Origin: Yuukianura sp. NJ FZ-2021
Taxonomy: Eukaryota
Direction: 5' to 3'
NCBI GenBank assembly: GCA_046563655.1
Contig: CM102284.1
Coordinates: 8,432,001 to 8,496,000, forward strand
Length of the DNA: 64,000 nt
Made by a program: the position numbers and the translations under genes. Every line of letters starts with the position of its first letter. Positions within the stretch are counted from its first letter, which is position 1. Positions 62,583-64,000 of this stretch are shown one piece after another. The notes under the pieces are model-generated. The model ran no database searches. It was given only the letters and a program-made list of their open reading frames with translations, and was not told the DNA's origin.

Positions 62583-64000
62583 TAAAAGAGACGAGATTTG
62601 AGTAGATGTGGGACTAAAGAGACTAAAGTGATGAGATGATTAGTTTGATTTCCATTGTGTTTTTAGTTTTCGGAGGGAATTTCACGCACGTACTTGTTAC
62701 TAAAAAGTCGTTCATCCAGATCACCAATTTAGGTTCCAATCTCTTCATCTTCCCTTGAATTCCTGAGATGCGGAATGCTCTTGTGTGGTTGCTCAAGATC
62801 AAAGACTACAATTGACATCCTCTTGGACAGAGTCGTGCTCTTCCAAATTTAAAACCGTGATTAATGGAAATTGACACTTCCATGACCACAGTGACAACTT
62901 CATTCTACTACAAAAAAATTACATCACAACGGAAATCGATCCACGGTGCGATTTGAAAAAAAAAAAACTCTACATGTCAAAATAGGAACAAGAACATGAA
63001 AATTTTCACAGAAAAATAAAACTTCATTTTTTTACTTTCTCTTTGAGGTTGGATGGGTTGAATTTAGGGATTGTTGTTTTTTTCTGAAATGCGTATCAGA
63101 CGTTGTCTGAGGATTAGTGAGGAGGAAGTGATTGGTAATCTTTGTGAGTGATCTTGTGTTAATGTGATGTTGGGGTAGACAGGGGGTGTCTCTTCCTCTG
63201 ACTTTGACCTGCGTTGACCCGAGAGATGCGGAGACTTGTGTGATGCTGGAAGTCAAGATGTTTGTTTCCCTTCCAGAAGTGGATGTGTGTCCCGCTGTGA
63301 AAAGTCGTTTGGATGCTGGTTGATGACACGATAGCACTCTCTCAGTTTCTCCTTCAATTAGCCTCATTCTTACCAACTTCATTTCAAAACCACCTCAATC
63401 TACCTAATTTTACTTTTAAAAAAAAGCATTTTGAAACTGATACTATGTATGTGAGTGAGTGATGTGTGGGAGTATCGAGTGTGAAGCTTGAGGGTGATTT
63501 GGGAGCTCTGATTCTAATTAAGGACGTGGAAGTAGAGATGACATGCCTAGAAAAATGATCTCTTTGCACAGCAGAATGGACCAAAAGTCATCCATCAGCT
63601 CCTGGCTCATCGTTAGCACAAAACCTCCAAGCACATTTCAACCAAACGTCAATCCAAAAAAAGAGATTAGCAGAGATTCAGACCGGAAAACATTTTCAGA
63701 TGCTTCGATTCTCCGCCATTTCGATGCTTTTTAAAGACTTTCTCCTGAATTCAAAAAAAAGTTGGAGAAAGTTATAAAAGTGTAGATTTCTGGAGAAAGT
63801 TCTAAAAAGTGGGCAGATGTCTAAGGAATTCGGAATTTGGGAAGTGAAGTGAGGGATTGATGAACTTTTTTTTTCACTGAGAGGATGAGAGTGATGTTTG
63901 TTAATTACTTTTGACTTTGGTTGGAGAGATGCTCAAGACAGGTAGCTGATTAGCCTCGAGATGGATCAGAAATGGTCCATTGTTTGTCTGGCCGTGGGAA

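Noticed and set aside
48383-63734. Many short ORFs in the distal region
   Set aside because: No recognisable domains or consistent splice chains; composition is non-coding.
1-64000. CRISPR arrays, tRNA or rRNA genes, prokaryotic operons
   Set aside because: Sequence is eukaryotic; no repeat-spacer array or recognisable structural RNA seen by eye, though small ncRNAs could be missed without covariance searches.

Overview
Intron-rich, compact animal genomic DNA, most likely an arthropod (inferred from gene set and TTAGG-type repeats; species not identifiable). 1-32 kb: Rubicon (5' end outside the window), two tandem GAF-GAF-PDE10-like phosphodiesterases, MESH1/HDDC3, an ApoD-like lipocalin, a non-classical cadherin, an orphan gene and a CFAP97D-cyclophilin fusion. 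32.4-46 kb: a dense housekeeping block (mRpS25, PARL/rho-7, SdhC, Kin17, PDCL3/viaf, a lipocalin, a divergent UPF3) bracketed by two inverted copies of a ~265 bp repeat. 46-64 kb: an orphan membrane-protein gene, then a ~16 kb non-coding region rich in SOX motifs with a Harbinger MITE. Most interesting: an RFX X-box-associated alternative first exon giving one PDE a myristoylation/palmitoylation-type N-terminus, with X-boxes at neighbouring genes (candidate ciliary module); a duplicated SdhC promoter/exon 1 around a palindromic element; a fresh 5'-truncated CRE-type retrotransposon; and intronic TTYRAA and DR1 motif arrays. All gene models were spliced by hand and family calls rest on recalled motifs, not database searches.
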